A DNA stretch of 64,000 nt from Candidatus Kryptoniota bacterium (GCA_036567965.1 DATCTN010000010.1:22510-86509), one strand, 5' to 3'; positions 1 through 9,685 are shown, counted from the stretch's first letter. Notes: a model not told the origin generated them from the letters alone. Program-made: numbers and translations.

Positions 1-2043
1 AAGAATAGCCTCTACTTAGTAGCGGCGGGCACACTTGCGCTTGTGCTCCTGGTCTACGATTGGATCAGGGTCACGATCAATCTCGATGCGCCCGTACTCA
101 ACACCCTCAGGAATTTATTTTCGGTTGTCATCTTTGTATTCGTGTATGCCGCTTTAAGTTCAATCAAGAGCCGGAAGCAGCTCGGTCCGCTGGAGATTTT
201 GACGAGGCTCGTCGGATACGGATTCATCACGGCCGCGGTAATCTCGGCGTGGGGGATATTCCTGGAGGAGAGGGGGACCGAGGCCGGAGTATTCGCGCCG
301 CAGAATTTCATCCAGCTCCTCGCGACCACTGTGTTTGCGCTCGGACTGGCCGCACTTATTTATCAGCTTCTCTACTTCGTGAGAACTCTGATCTACGTCA
401 AACCGGAAAAGAAGGTCAGGAGAAGATTCGAAATCTTTATGGGGCTCGCGATCGCGGTGGGAGTAATCAATATTTTCGGCTCGTCGGCATTTGTCAGGGT
501 GCTGTCGACTGCCGCATTCGTCCTCGCGGTCACGCTGGCGGTCCTTCACATAGTCAGCGTGAATTGGATCGTTTTTCTGTCGAGGAAAGAAAAGTACAAG
601 TCGCTCGGTCTGACATTCTTCCTGATGCTTCTATTCGGGTATTCCTACGCTTCCGTGGGTCCTGCCGATCTTGCAGGGGGAGTAATGCGGTTTTACAGTG
701 TGCCGCTCGAAGAATTCGCCAAAGTTATCTTCCTGTTCCTTACGATCTATTTCTCTCTCGCTTTCATAGTCACAGTTTTTCACATTCCTACAAGCGGAGT
801 CTTTGAGAAAAAGAAGCGTGAACTCGACTCTTACCAAAATCTCAGCAAGGTCATAACGAACGTGATGGACACGACGGAAGTGCTGAACAACACTGCAGCT
901 GTCGTGGGCACCGTTACACAGGCAAATAAAGTGTGGATCGAGCTCCGAAACGGAGGTCATTCCGATTCAGAGGGAAATTTCGTCGTAAGTGCGACTCATC
1001 GTACGAGTCAGTATGAGCTGTCCGCATTTAATTTCGGAAAAATCAGGGAGCAGGTGCAGGAAAAGAAGAAGGTGGTTGTCCAGGACTCGGCCGAATTCCA
1101 CAAATACGACCTGATCAATTTCCCTGCGAAGTCTCTTATTGCTGTGTCGCTTACCGCTCATGATGAGTTCATAGGCATACTTTACGCGGCTCACGACATG
1201 CCACTTGCTTTTGACCAGGATGAGATATCCACTGTCAGCGCCTTTGCGGATACAGCTGCGGTAGCTATTCAGAACTCTCTCCTATTTACCAAGTCGATAG
1301 AAAATGAAAGGCTCCAGCATGAGCTCCGCATCGCTCATGAAATGCAGATGAAACTTCTGCCTCTGTCGTTTCCTTCGTCCGAAAAATTTGACACCGATTT
1401 TCTGGCCTTTCCCGCTTTTGAAGTAGGTGGGGACTACATCGATTATTCGGTGCTTGACGACAGAAAATATGCGTTTGTCGTAGGAGACGTATCAGGAAAG
1501 GGAACCTCAGCCGCATTTTATATGGCATTCATGAAGGGTGTGTTCCAATCTCTCTCCGCGACGGCGAAATCACCGTCTGAATTCATGATGGCTGCCAACG
1601 AAGCGGTTGTGAATACTCTCCAGAAGAATTTCTTTATTACGTTAATTTACGCGATGCTCGACACGAAGAGCGGCGAGATTAATTTGCTTCGTGCCGGACA
1701 TACACCTGCAATCCTGATCAGAGACGGAAGCAGCAGACTTATCAAACCGTCCGGCGTCGGACTGGGGCTCGAGCAGTCAGTGGACTTCGGAAAGCACCTT
1801 GAGGAAGCGAAGATCTCGTTGAGATCCGGAGACACTCTTGTCCTTTATACGGATGGCGCGACCGACCAGCGAGATCCGAGCGGTGAAGAATTCGGCGAGC
1901 AGCGATTCTGCGAGCTCTTGACCAGGTTGAGCTGCGGCACTCCCACGGAGATTAAAGGAGGCATCATCCGGGCTCTTGCGGAACATTCGCAGGGAACGGA
2001 TGCCGTTGACGATACAACCGTTCTCGTTTTGAAATGGAAGTGA
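1..2043 (+). CDS. Membrane-anchored GAF + PP2C (SpoIIE/RsbU-type) serine phosphatase; probably 5'-truncated by the window edge
   Basis: ORF 43..2043, and the frame stays open back to nt 1 (KNSLYLVAAGTLALV...). The N-terminal ~250 aa are hydrophobic helices, the centre is GAF-like, and the C-terminus has PP2C motifs (GGDYIDY, VGDVSGKG, YTDGATD, DDTTVLVLK). Confidence 0.85.
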   Translation, partial: KNSLYLVAAGTLALVLLVYDWIRVTINLDAPVLNTLRNLFSVVIFVFVYAALSSIKSRKQLGPLEILTRLVGYGFITAAVISAWGIFLEERGTEAGVFAPQNFIQLLATTVFALGLAALIYQLLYFVRTLIYVKPEKKVRRRFEIFMGLAIAVGVINIFGSSAFVRVLSTAAFVLAVTLAVLHIVSVNWIVFLSRKEKYKSLGLTFFLMLLFGYSYASVGPADLAGGVMRFYSVPLEEFAKVIFLFLTIYFSLAFIVTVFHIPTSGVFEKKKRELDSYQNLSKVITNVMDTTEVLNNTAAVVGTVTQANKVWIELRNGGHSDSEGNFVVSATHRTSQYELSAFNFGKIREQVQEKKKVVVQDSAEFHKYDLINFPAKSLIAVSLTAHDEFIGILYAAHDMPLAFDQDEISTVSAFADTAAVAIQNSLLFTKSIENERLQHELRIAHEMQMKLLPLSFPSSEKFDTDFLAFPAFEVGGDYIDYSVLDDRKYAFVVGDVSGKGTSAAFYMAFMKGVFQSLSATAKSPSEFMMAANEAVVNTLQKNFFITLIYAMLDTKSGEINLLRAGHTPAILIRDGSSRLIKPSGVGLGLEQSVDFGKHLEEAKISLRSGDTLVLYTDGATDQRDPSGEEFGEQRFCELLTRLSCGTPTEIKGGIIRALAEHSQGTDAVDDTTVLVLKWK

Positions 2044-2086
2044 GGAATGAAGTGCTGAAAATTTTTTATGAAAGCCGGAGGAAGGT

Positions 2087-2437
2087 ATGAATGAGTTTAA
2101 AGTGCTGACTCGTGATTCGGGCAATGCTGTCGTTATGGAGCTTCACGGCTTCCTCGACGCGCATACGGCTCCGGAACTCGAAAAGACTTTTACAGAACTC
2201 ATAGGTAAGGGCAAATACAACATCGTGGTGAATTTCAACGAGCTCAGCTACATCTCAAGTGCGGGCCTCGGGGTATTCATGGCTTACATCGATGAAGTGC
2301 GAAACAACCACGGAGACATCAAGCTGACCAACATGCAGCAAAAGGTCTTCAATGTGTTCGATCTTCTCGGGTTTCCTTTCCTTTATGAGATTTACAGGGA
2401 CCAGACCGAAGCATTAAAGAAGTTCGGCGACCACTGA
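2087..2437 (+). CDS. STAS-domain anti-sigma-factor antagonist (RsbV/SpoIIAA-like)
   Basis: 116 aa. LHGFLDAHTAPELE...LSYISSAGLGVF contains the conserved phosphorylatable Ser context (SYISSAGLG). GGAGG SD upstream. Confidence 0.9.
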   Translation: MNEFKVLTRDSGNAVVMELHGFLDAHTAPELEKTFTELIGKGKYNIVVNFNELSYISSAGLGVFMAYIDEVRNNHGDIKLTNMQQKVFNVFDLLGFPFLYEIYRDQTEALKKFGDH

Positions 2438-2466
2438 CTCGTGTATCACCTTCAAGAGAACCTGAT

Positions 2467-2910
2467 TTGAAAAGAGCCGACAAAATAGACGATTCGAAAG
2501 TCTTCAAGAGTACGACGAACGCGCTGTCCGGCGTCAGAGCGTTTGTGAACGGGCACGCTTTCAATTTCGGATTCGGCGACAAGGAAATTTCTGAGATTAC
2601 GCTGGCTGTCGACGAGGCTTGCACGAATGTTATCAAGCACGCGTACAAGGGAAATCCGGAAGCACAGTTCGAGGTCAGGATTCTGGCCAGCGGGATCGAA
2701 TTTGAAATAGTGGTGCGCGACTGGGGAGCAAGTTTCAAACCCGAAGAAGTTCCGGTTCCGAATATCAAGGAGAAAGTCAAAAGGCATAAAGCGGGCGGGC
2801 TGGGCATATTCCTAATGCGGAAACTGATGGACACAGTCGAGTACCAGGAGAAGGGGAGTGTAAATGAAGTCAGGCTTGTCCGCTACCTCAAAAATGGGCC
2901 GAAGGCATAG
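2467..2910 (+). CDS. Anti-sigma regulatory factor / switch Ser-protein kinase (RsbW/SpoIIAB-like, HATPase_c)
   Basis: 147 aa, TTG start. N-box-like EACTNVIKHAY and G-box-like GGLGIFLMRKLMD. Lies directly after the STAS gene. Confidence 0.85.
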   Translation: MKRADKIDDSKVFKSTTNALSGVRAFVNGHAFNFGFGDKEISEITLAVDEACTNVIKHAYKGNPEAQFEVRILASGIEFEIVVRDWGASFKPEEVPVPNIKEKVKRHKAGGLGIFLMRKLMDTVEYQEKGSVNEVRLVRYLKNGPKA

Positions 2911-4615
2911 CGCTGGCGACGACCAGATCGTCGAGTTAACATCCATTATTGAGACCGCGAAGATTCTCAACTCTTCGTTGGATTATAAATTCATCCTTAA
3001 TCATATCCTTCTCGCATCCATGGGCAAGCTGGCCGTCTCCAAGACTGCTGCGGTCATTCGGCTTTCTCCCAATCTTGGAAAGAGCGAAGAGGGTTACCTG
3101 AAGATCTGCAAAGGAATACCAGTCACCGATGAGATGGCGGCCGGGCTCCTCTCGCTCGACCTTGAAGGATCCTCCGACGTCAGCGACATCAACGAAGAAC
3201 TTTCGCGCCAAGTGGCCGCCGCAGGTGCGAGGAAAATTTTCGCTCTGAGGAGCTCGCACCGGTTATTCGGCTACATGCTCATTGGAAAGAAACTGGTAAG
3301 TGAAGAATTTGCGCCGAGCGAAATCGAATTTGTGTCGAGTCTCTGCAACATCGCCGCCGCGGCCATTGAAAATGCGAACGTGTTCCAGCAATACAAGGAT
3401 TCCAACTTCGAGCTCCAGCGACGAGTGCAGGAACTGCAGACACTTTTCGAACTGAGCAAAGAGTTCAACCTCCTCATAGAAGAATCGAGGGCTATAAGGA
3501 CTCTCGAGTTCGCTGTGATGGGGCAGACCGGATCCAGAAACTACGCGATCTGTCTTTCAAATGACGCGGGTTCCCGCTTGGTAGTCAACAAAGGACTTCC
3601 TGGATTACCTGTGGACGAAATGAAAGCGGTATGTTCAGTTGAGCAGCCGACCAGGCTCTCGGAAATCGCGGAGACCATTCCCCTCGCAAAGGAATTCATC
3701 GTGAAGGGGGCCGAGGTGGTAATACCTTTCCAGCTCCAGGGGAATAACTCCGGAATGTTAATCCTTGGCGAGCGGCATAATCGATCGGCTTATTCGGATT
3801 CGGAAATAAGTTTCCTTTCTTCACTCTGCAATCTTGCGGCTATGGCAATCGACAATGCGCGCCTGTTTGAGGAATCCATGGCGAAGCAGCGGCTCGAGGA
3901 AGAACTGAATATAGCACACACTATCCAGGAGAAACTTCTTCCGAGAGAAATGCCGGCATTTGCCGGCTGCGAAATCGGCACGTTCCATATTCCTTCAAAA
4001 CAGGTCGGGGGCGATTACTTCGATGTGATAAAATCCGGAGAGGATTCGATCTGCGTCGCGATTGCGGACGTGTCGGGAAAAGGCTTTCCAGCAGCACTCC
4101 TTATGGCAAATCTCCAATCGGCCTTCAGAGCGCTGATTGCCGCCAGGCTTTCAATCGGTGAAATAGTGGTTCGACTGAACAATATTGTCTACGCCAACAC
4201 AGACTTCGACAGGTTCATCACTTTCTTTGGAGCTGTCTATGATTCCACTAAGAAAGTCATCACATATGTCAATGCGGGACACAACTACCCGTTTCTGATG
4301 AAGCGTAACGGGGACGTTGTCAGACTCGACAAGGGTGGATTAATGCTCGGAGTAATGCAGAACGTGAAATACGAAACGGGCCGCCAGATCGTTGATGCGG
4401 AAGACGTCCTTTACATGTTCACCGACGGGATAAACGAGGCGCTGAATTCTGAGGACGAACAGTTCTCTGAAGAAAGGTTAGAGGATGTTCTGACGTCCGT
4501 TCGCTCTTCTTCTGCTGAGCAAATACTGGAAAAGGTGAAGGAAGAAGTCGAAGCCTTTGTCGGTAACGCTCCCCAGAGCGATGACATCACTCAGCTTTGT
4601 GTGAAATTTAAATGA
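2864..4615 (+). CDS. Cytoplasmic tandem-GAF + PP2C (SpoIIE-type) phosphatase
   Basis: 583 aa. Two GAF-like halves each end in SSLCN(I/L)AA(A/M)AI(E/D)NA. PP2C motifs present: VGGDYFDV, IADVSGKG, FTDGINEA, DDITQLCVKF. Start is uncertain (2864 or ATG 2894), and either overlaps the kinase gene end. Confidence 0.85.
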   Translation: MKSGLSATSKMGRRHSAGDDQIVELTSIIETAKILNSSLDYKFILNHILLASMGKLAVSKTAAVIRLSPNLGKSEEGYLKICKGIPVTDEMAAGLLSLDLEGSSDVSDINEELSRQVAAAGARKIFALRSSHRLFGYMLIGKKLVSEEFAPSEIEFVSSLCNIAAAAIENANVFQQYKDSNFELQRRVQELQTLFELSKEFNLLIEESRAIRTLEFAVMGQTGSRNYAICLSNDAGSRLVVNKGLPGLPVDEMKAVCSVEQPTRLSEIAETIPLAKEFIVKGAEVVIPFQLQGNNSGMLILGERHNRSAYSDSEISFLSSLCNLAAMAIDNARLFEESMAKQRLEEELNIAHTIQEKLLPREMPAFAGCEIGTFHIPSKQVGGDYFDVIKSGEDSICVAIADVSGKGFPAALLMANLQSAFRALIAARLSIGEIVVRLNNIVYANTDFDRFITFFGAVYDSTKKVITYVNAGHNYPFLMKRNGDVVRLDKGGLMLGVMQNVKYETGRQIVDAEDVLYMFTDGINEALNSEDEQFSEERLEDVLTSVRSSSAEQILEKVKEEVEAFVGNAPQSDDITQLCVKFK

Positions 4616-5349
4616 TGCTCTGCGCAAAATTGAATGGGAAGAATCGGAGATGCTCGACGCTTCCTGAACCCGGATTTTATTTAGAGAGGCGTAAACATTA
4701 AATTGTAACGCAATAATTTCTATTCTTGTCTCAGGTATTGCGAAGCACGTAAGGGGAAAATTGATCGGAAAGATCTCGAATCCGCTCCAGTAAGCCCACT
4801 TACACATTTGGTAAAAGTATTTCGAAGAAGCGTCAAGCTTCTTGTATTCTAAAGGGGATAAAGTATTCTGCTGACTGATCGAGAAATCTTCACGAGCGAA
4901 TGCAGCTCACTGTTGGACTCGGCGAGTTCACCACACAATCTCTACGGAAGTCGGCTGCTGCGAGCCTGACGATGACTCATCGATATATGGAAAGTCCTCT
5001 TTGAGCGAATTAGCAGCTGCCCCGCCGCTGATATTCGAGAGAGAAAACGATTATGCATCCTATGTCTCAGGCAATATGACTTCGAAGTTGAGATTTTTTA
5101 ATTCAAACTTAATTTTTGCAATAACCTTGATCCGCATATTTGAGACAAACAGAGATGACTTAGCTTCTCGTCTTTCTATTGATGCAATTTCTTTTCCAAT
5201 GTCCCCGCGATCTCCACTTGGTCCGGAGCGAGGCGTTTCGGGCCATCTGACAAATTTCCCGCGGGGAAAACTGATGACCCCGGCGCGCTTGATGTGCTCG
5301 AGTGGTCGGGGATCAGAAGAATCACACTTGCCACCAATAAACTCCGATT

Positions 5350-6009
5350 ATGTTTAACGCGATGGATACGGTGCTGTTTTTGATAGTCACATATATACTT
5401 GGGTTCCTGACAGCGATGCCGGTGGGTGCAACGCAAATCGAGATTGCAAAGCGATCTCTAAACAATCATCTGCGGTCCGCCTACATGGTCGCGCTTGGAT
5501 CGGCAAGTTCCGACATCATGTACGGATTCATCGCGCTGTTCGGGGTAGCTCCGTTCATGAAAGACAAGATTGTGATCGCGATCTTCGATTTGGCTGCAAC
5601 GTTGATTTTGTGGATTCTTTCGTATTTCACCTTCAAGACGGGCATGAACGTAGATGTCACGGAGCTGGGTCATGCCACGCTGAGGAACAAACGGATCTCG
5701 TACATTACAGGATTTTCTCTGGCGGCCACGAATCCGATGATGATCATATGGTGGCTCATCGGGGTGAAGATCATCAAAGATCTCGGATTGGTATCGAGTT
5801 TTAGTGGCGACACCTCTCTGATTTTCGTGATTGTAGGCGGACTGGGGCTGGCATCTTACCTCTGCACCCTCGCAAACACTCTCCACTGGGCGAAGAAATT
5901 CATTTCAAACGAGAAGATGAAGAAGGTGAATTTTGCGCTCGGTGTGATTCTTGCCCTTCTTTCTTTTTATTTTCTTTTCGGCTCCCTGCGTATTCTCTTG
6001 CATGCATGA
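5350..6009 (+). CDS. LysE/RhtB-type small-molecule exporter (membrane protein)
   Basis: 219 aa, about 6 hydrophobic helices. The N-terminal pattern (ILGFLTAMPVGATQIEIA) is typical of LysE-family translocators. Family assignment is from memory. Confidence 0.6.
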   Translation: MFNAMDTVLFLIVTYILGFLTAMPVGATQIEIAKRSLNNHLRSAYMVALGSASSDIMYGFIALFGVAPFMKDKIVIAIFDLAATLILWILSYFTFKTGMNVDVTELGHATLRNKRISYITGFSLAATNPMMIIWWLIGVKIIKDLGLVSSFSGDTSLIFVIVGGLGLASYLCTLANTLHWAKKFISNEKMKKVNFALGVILALLSFYFLFGSLRILLHA

Positions 6010-6131
6010 TTCAATCCACCGGAGGAAGCGAGCCCCCTTCGGTACAGGATTGAGATTCACAATTGTTTTTATATTTGTGGACGAATACATTTCATTCGCG
6101 CCCATTTGCGGAAACATGAATCAACCTTGGC

Positions 6132-6470
6132 ATGGAGGAGAAGAAATTGGACTCACAAGGTAAGTCTTTAAAAGAGCTCACTCAAATTCCAGGCGTTGGT
6201 AGATCGATTGCGCGCGATCTTATCGGGATCGGAATCACTCGCGTGAACAATTTAAAAAACCGGGATCCGGAGAGTCTGTACGAGAAGTCCAACAGGAGAG
6301 CCGGACAAGTTCAAGACCGCTGTCTCCTTTATGTCTTGCGGTGCGCGGTGTATTTCGCTTCCACGAAAGAATGCGATCGGTCACCGGAAAAACTGAAATG
6401 GTGGAACTGGAAGGACGGCGCGTCCGCAAGCCGGCGCAAGATTGCCGTCAGGCGGAGGACGGGATCATGA
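6132..6470 (+). CDS. Helix-hairpin-helix domain protein (Cdd1 'pathogenicity locus'-like)
   Basis: 112 aa. LTQIPGVGRSIARDL is an HhH motif. DRCLLYVLRCAVYFAS...LKWWNWKD matches the remembered Cdd1/PF11731-type pattern. Confidence 0.7.
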   Translation: MEEKKLDSQGKSLKELTQIPGVGRSIARDLIGIGITRVNNLKNRDPESLYEKSNRRAGQVQDRCLLYVLRCAVYFASTKECDRSPEKLKWWNWKDGASASRRKIAVRRRTGS

Positions 6471-6850
6471 AGCTGGAACGAACATTCTCCGGCGCGAAGT
6501 GGGAATCGCGAATTGGATATTGCCGGGCTGTCAAGGCGGGCAATCACATTTTCGTAAGCGGCACCGCTCCTGTTGGAGAAGATGGAAAGACATATGCGCC
6601 GGGCGACGCATATGAACAGACGAAAAGATGCCTTGAGATAGTGTCGCGCGCATTGAAAGATCTTGGCGCCGAGATGTCTCAGGTGGTACGGACAAGAATG
6701 TTCGTGACTGACATCTCGCGGTGGGCCGAATACGGAAAGGCTCATCAGGAATACTTCGGTGAACATCCTCCCGCTACGTCGATGGTGGAAGTGAGGTCCT
6801 TGATAGACCCAGCAATGCTGATCGAAATCGAAGCAGAGGCGGTCTCCTAA
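6467..6850 (+). CDS. RidA/YjgF-family (Rid) protein
   Basis: The likely start is ATG 6467 inside ORF 6341..6850, giving an ATGA overlap with the upstream stop. MKLERTFSGAKWESRIGYCRAVKAGNHIFVSGT...PATSMVEV...IEIEAEA is typical of the Rid family. Confidence 0.85.
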   Translation: MKLERTFSGAKWESRIGYCRAVKAGNHIFVSGTAPVGEDGKTYAPGDAYEQTKRCLEIVSRALKDLGAEMSQVVRTRMFVTDISRWAEYGKAHQEYFGEHPPATSMVEVRSLIDPAMLIEIEAEAVS

Positions 6851-7049
6851 GGCATGCTTGGCGTTTTGACTGTTTAGCGCTTTGGTGGCGATTTCAGGCG
6901 TGATTCTACCTTTGATTTATTGGCGGTCAACGCCTATATTTTATGCCGCGACGCAGCGGGATTTGTCCGAATGGTCGCAAAACAGGTTTCTTGACAAGTT
7001 TGTGGTTCGGGGCGAATCCCGAAAGGTCGGGAAAGGCCGCCCGTTTAAT

Positions 7050-7121
<72 letters not shown>

Positions 7122-7261
7122 CACAAGTTTTGAGTTTCGTTAACACACAAGTCTGATTGCATCGTGTTTAAGTGACGGGGAGTCCCGATGAATTGATCGG
7201 GAAATCCGAATTCTCCGACTGCAGAGAATCCCCGTTGCAGACACAAAAATAATATATCGGC

Positions 7262-8194
7262 ATGGATGGCATAAAAATATTTTCAGGCAGAAGCAATCTT
7301 CCCCTTGCGGAAAAGATTGCCAAAGAGATCGGCGAGCCTCTTGGCGAGCGCGAAATTGTAAATTTCAGCGACGGCGAGATATGGGTGAAATACTCCGACA
7401 ATATCCGCGGTGCGGATGTGTTTATAATACAAAGCACATTTCCTCCGGCGGAGAATCTGATGGAGCTCCTGATAATGATCGACGCAGCGAAACGCGCGTC
7501 GGCGTCCAGAGTGTCCGCCGTGATTCCGTATTTCGGATATGCCCGACAGGATAGGAAGGACCAGCCGCGGGTAGCAATTTCCGCAAAACTCGTGGCGAAT
7601 CTCCTGACGAAAGCCGGCGCCGATCGTATACTGACGATGGATCTTCACGCCGCACAGATACAGGGATTCTTCGATATTCCGGTCGACCATCTTTATTCGT
7701 CCGCGGTCTTTGTGCGGCATATCAAAGAGTTGAAAATTCCGAACCTCGTGGTTGTCTCCCCCGATGTAGGAGGAATCAAATTCGCGCGAGCATATGCGAC
7801 CCGCCTCGAGGCCGATCTGGTGTTGATCGACAAGCGGCGGCCGAAGGTGAACGTTGCGGAGGTGGTGAATATCATCGGTGACGTTAAAGGGAAGAATGTC
7901 CTGATCGTCGATGACCTTATCGATACCGGTGGAACATTTACGGCGGGTGTGCACGCTCTAAAGGCGGCAGGAGTGAATGAAGTTTACGGCGCATGTACAC
8001 ATCCTGTGTTCAGCGCGAATGCAATTGAAAAAGTTGAGAAGAGCCCCATGAAGCGCTTGATCGTCAGCGATACCGTTCCGCTGAAGCGCGAGTCGGAAAA
8101 AATTGAAGTGCGTTCTGTCGCCAAGCTGTTTGCCGAGGCAATCAGGAGAACATACCAGAACGAATCGATAAGTTCATTGTTTGAAATAAAGTAA
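7262..8194 (+). CDS. prs: Ribose-phosphate pyrophosphokinase
   Basis: 310 aa. Motifs DLHAAQIQGFF, VVSPDVGG and the PRPP loop VDDLIDTGGT. Confidence 0.95.
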   Translation: MDGIKIFSGRSNLPLAEKIAKEIGEPLGEREIVNFSDGEIWVKYSDNIRGADVFIIQSTFPPAENLMELLIMIDAAKRASASRVSAVIPYFGYARQDRKDQPRVAISAKLVANLLTKAGADRILTMDLHAAQIQGFFDIPVDHLYSSAVFVRHIKELKIPNLVVVSPDVGGIKFARAYATRLEADLVLIDKRRPKVNVAEVVNIIGDVKGKNVLIVDDLIDTGGTFTAGVHALKAAGVNEVYGACTHPVFSANAIEKVEKSPMKRLIVSDTVPLKRESEKIEVRSVAKLFAEAIRRTYQNESISSLFEIK

Positions 8195-8195
8195 T

Positions 8196-8213
8196 CCGAA
8201 GGTTCGCCTTCGG
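8196..8213 (+). other. Perfect 7-bp hairpin with a UUCG tetraloop between prs and rplY
   Basis: CCGAAGG-TTCG-CCTTCGG lies directly after the prs stop and just before the rplY SD (GAGAGGA). There is no U-tract, so it is more likely a stabiliser or processing element than a terminator. Confidence 0.5.
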
Positions 8214-8224
8214 GAGAGGACAAA

Positions 8225-8977
8225 ATGGTAGAAGTTGTTTTGGATGTGGAGAAAAGGACATTACTGGGAAAGAAGGCGAAGAGGCTTCTAAACGAAAAGA
8301 AGGTTCCCGGAGTATTCTACATGGAAGCCGAGAATGTTTCAGTTCAGGCAGAAGAGTCGAGGGTTCGCTCGCTCGTAAGTTCGCACAGCACGCACATAAT
8401 AAAGGTGAAATTTAAAGATGGAACTGAGCGGCGGGCGATTATTAATGAAGTCCAGTTTGATCCTGTTGACGGAGAGATTCTCCACTTTGATCTTCACGGC
8501 GTGAAGCAGGGACAGAGGATCACGATCCAGGTTCCGGTGCAGCTCGTCGGGACTCCAAAGGGAGTGAAGGACGGCGGTATCGTGCAGCACTCGATGCACA
8601 GGATAAGAATCCAGTGCGATCCGGAAAGCGTACCCGAGCAGATCAGCGTGAACGTCGAGGAGCTTGGCATTACCGATTCCATCCACGTGAAGGATTTGAA
8701 AATAGAGGGAGTGAAAGTGCTAGACAACCCCGAGTCGGCGATCGTAACTGTGGTTCCGCCGCCTACAATCAAGGAGGAGACTCCGGAAGCTGTTGCTGCA
8801 GTTACTGAAGAGCCTACCGAGCCGGAAGTAATCGGTAAGACCAAGAAGGCCGAGGAAGAGGGCGAGGCGGAAGAAGCCGAAGCACCGAAGGAGAAAGAAA
8901 AGGGCAGAGACAAGGAGAAGGAGAAAGAGAAGGGCAGAGACAAGGAGAAGGAGAGGGAGAAAAAGAAGGGCGAGTGA
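8225..8977 (+). CDS. rplY: 50S ribosomal protein L25/Ctc with a long acidic/basic low-complexity C-terminal tail
   Basis: 250 aa. The N-terminal ~190 aa are colinear with the L25/Ctc family (GVFY..., two-domain Ctc form). Position prs-ctc-pth is canonical. The tail is ...EEEGEAEEAEAPKEKEKGRDKEKEKEKGRDKEKEREKKKGE. Confidence 0.9.
   Translation: MVEVVLDVEKRTLLGKKAKRLLNEKKVPGVFYMEAENVSVQAEESRVRSLVSSHSTHIIKVKFKDGTERRAIINEVQFDPVDGEILHFDLHGVKQGQRITIQVPVQLVGTPKGVKDGGIVQHSMHRIRIQCDPESVPEQISVNVEELGITDSIHVKDLKIEGVKVLDNPESAIVTVVPPPTIKEETPEAVAAVTEEPTEPEVIGKTKKAEEEGEAEEAEAPKEKEKGRDKEKEKEKGRDKEKEREKKKGE
8891..8974 (+). repeat. 30-nt tandem repeat (about 2.8 copies) encoding (E)KEKGRDKEK units inside the rplY tail
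   Basis: gagaaagaaaagggcagagacaaggagaag, then gagaaagagaagggcagagacaaggagaag, then a partial gagagggagaaaaagaagggcgag. Confidence 0.85.
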
Positions 8978-9013
8978 TTTCTTGCGTTGGGTTTTGATCC
9001 GGTGGCCAGGAAA

Positions 9014-9571
9014 ATGATAGTCGGTTTGGGAAATGTAGGCTCCGAATTCGAGGGGACAAGGCACAATCTCGGTTTCATGGTTGTAGACGAAGTCTCGTCG
9101 AAACTGAAGACGAAGTTCCGTCCGGGGAAGGGCGATTACTACTATTTCGAAGCGCATCATGCGGGAGAAGATCTGGTTTTCGTCAAACCAACCACGTTCA
9201 TGAACAACAGCGGCGTTGCTGTCGTGGAAGCTGCAGAACGATACGGCGTCGGCATCGCCGATTTGCTCGTTGCGTATGACGATTTCAATCTCCCGCTCGG
9301 CACTCTCCGCATTCGGCGAGGAGGAAGCGACGGCGGACATAACGGAGTATCTTCCATTATATATCAGTTGAACGATGACGGTTTCCCACGCCTCAGGTGC
9401 GGAATCGGAACAGAAGAAGTTGTGCCGGGGAGAGATATGGCCGAGTTCGTTCTTTCGAGGTTCGAGGGAAACGAAATCCCGGAAGTTGAGAAGATGATCG
9501 CCAGCGCGTCGGATGCTGTTTTCGTTTTCATCAACGAGGGAATCGTCCCCGCAATGAACAGGTTTAATTGA
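9014..9571 (+). CDS. pth: Peptidyl-tRNA hydrolase
   Basis: MIVGLGNVGSEFEGTRHNLGF... matches the canonical Pth N-terminus. ATG 9014 is preferred over the GTG/ATG at 8987. Confidence 0.93.
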   Translation: MIVGLGNVGSEFEGTRHNLGFMVVDEVSSKLKTKFRPGKGDYYYFEAHHAGEDLVFVKPTTFMNNSGVAVVEAAERYGVGIADLLVAYDDFNLPLGTLRIRRGGSDGGHNGVSSIIYQLNDDGFPRLRCGIGTEEVVPGRDMAEFVLSRFEGNEIPEVEKMIASASDAVFVFINEGIVPAMNRFN

Positions 9572-9601
9572 ACTCATTAGAAGTCGCGGACTCATACCGC
9601 G

Positions 9602-9630
9602 GCAGCGAAACTGCTGCTTGCTTTTCTTCT
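9602..9630 (+). terminator. Candidate rho-independent terminator after pth
   Basis: GCAGC-gaaact-GCTGC stem-loop followed by a T-rich tract, ttgcttttcttct. Confidence 0.5.
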
Positions 9631-9685
9631 GATCGTAATGAAATCACCGGCAGGCAGCCAAATTGACCGAAGGAGGTGAAGTAAA

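Noticed and set aside
8880-8977. A purine-rich periodic repeat that could be mistaken for a CRISPR-like or satellite array
   Set aside because: It is in frame inside rplY, the unit is 30 nt with no spacers, and it encodes the KEKEKGRD tail.
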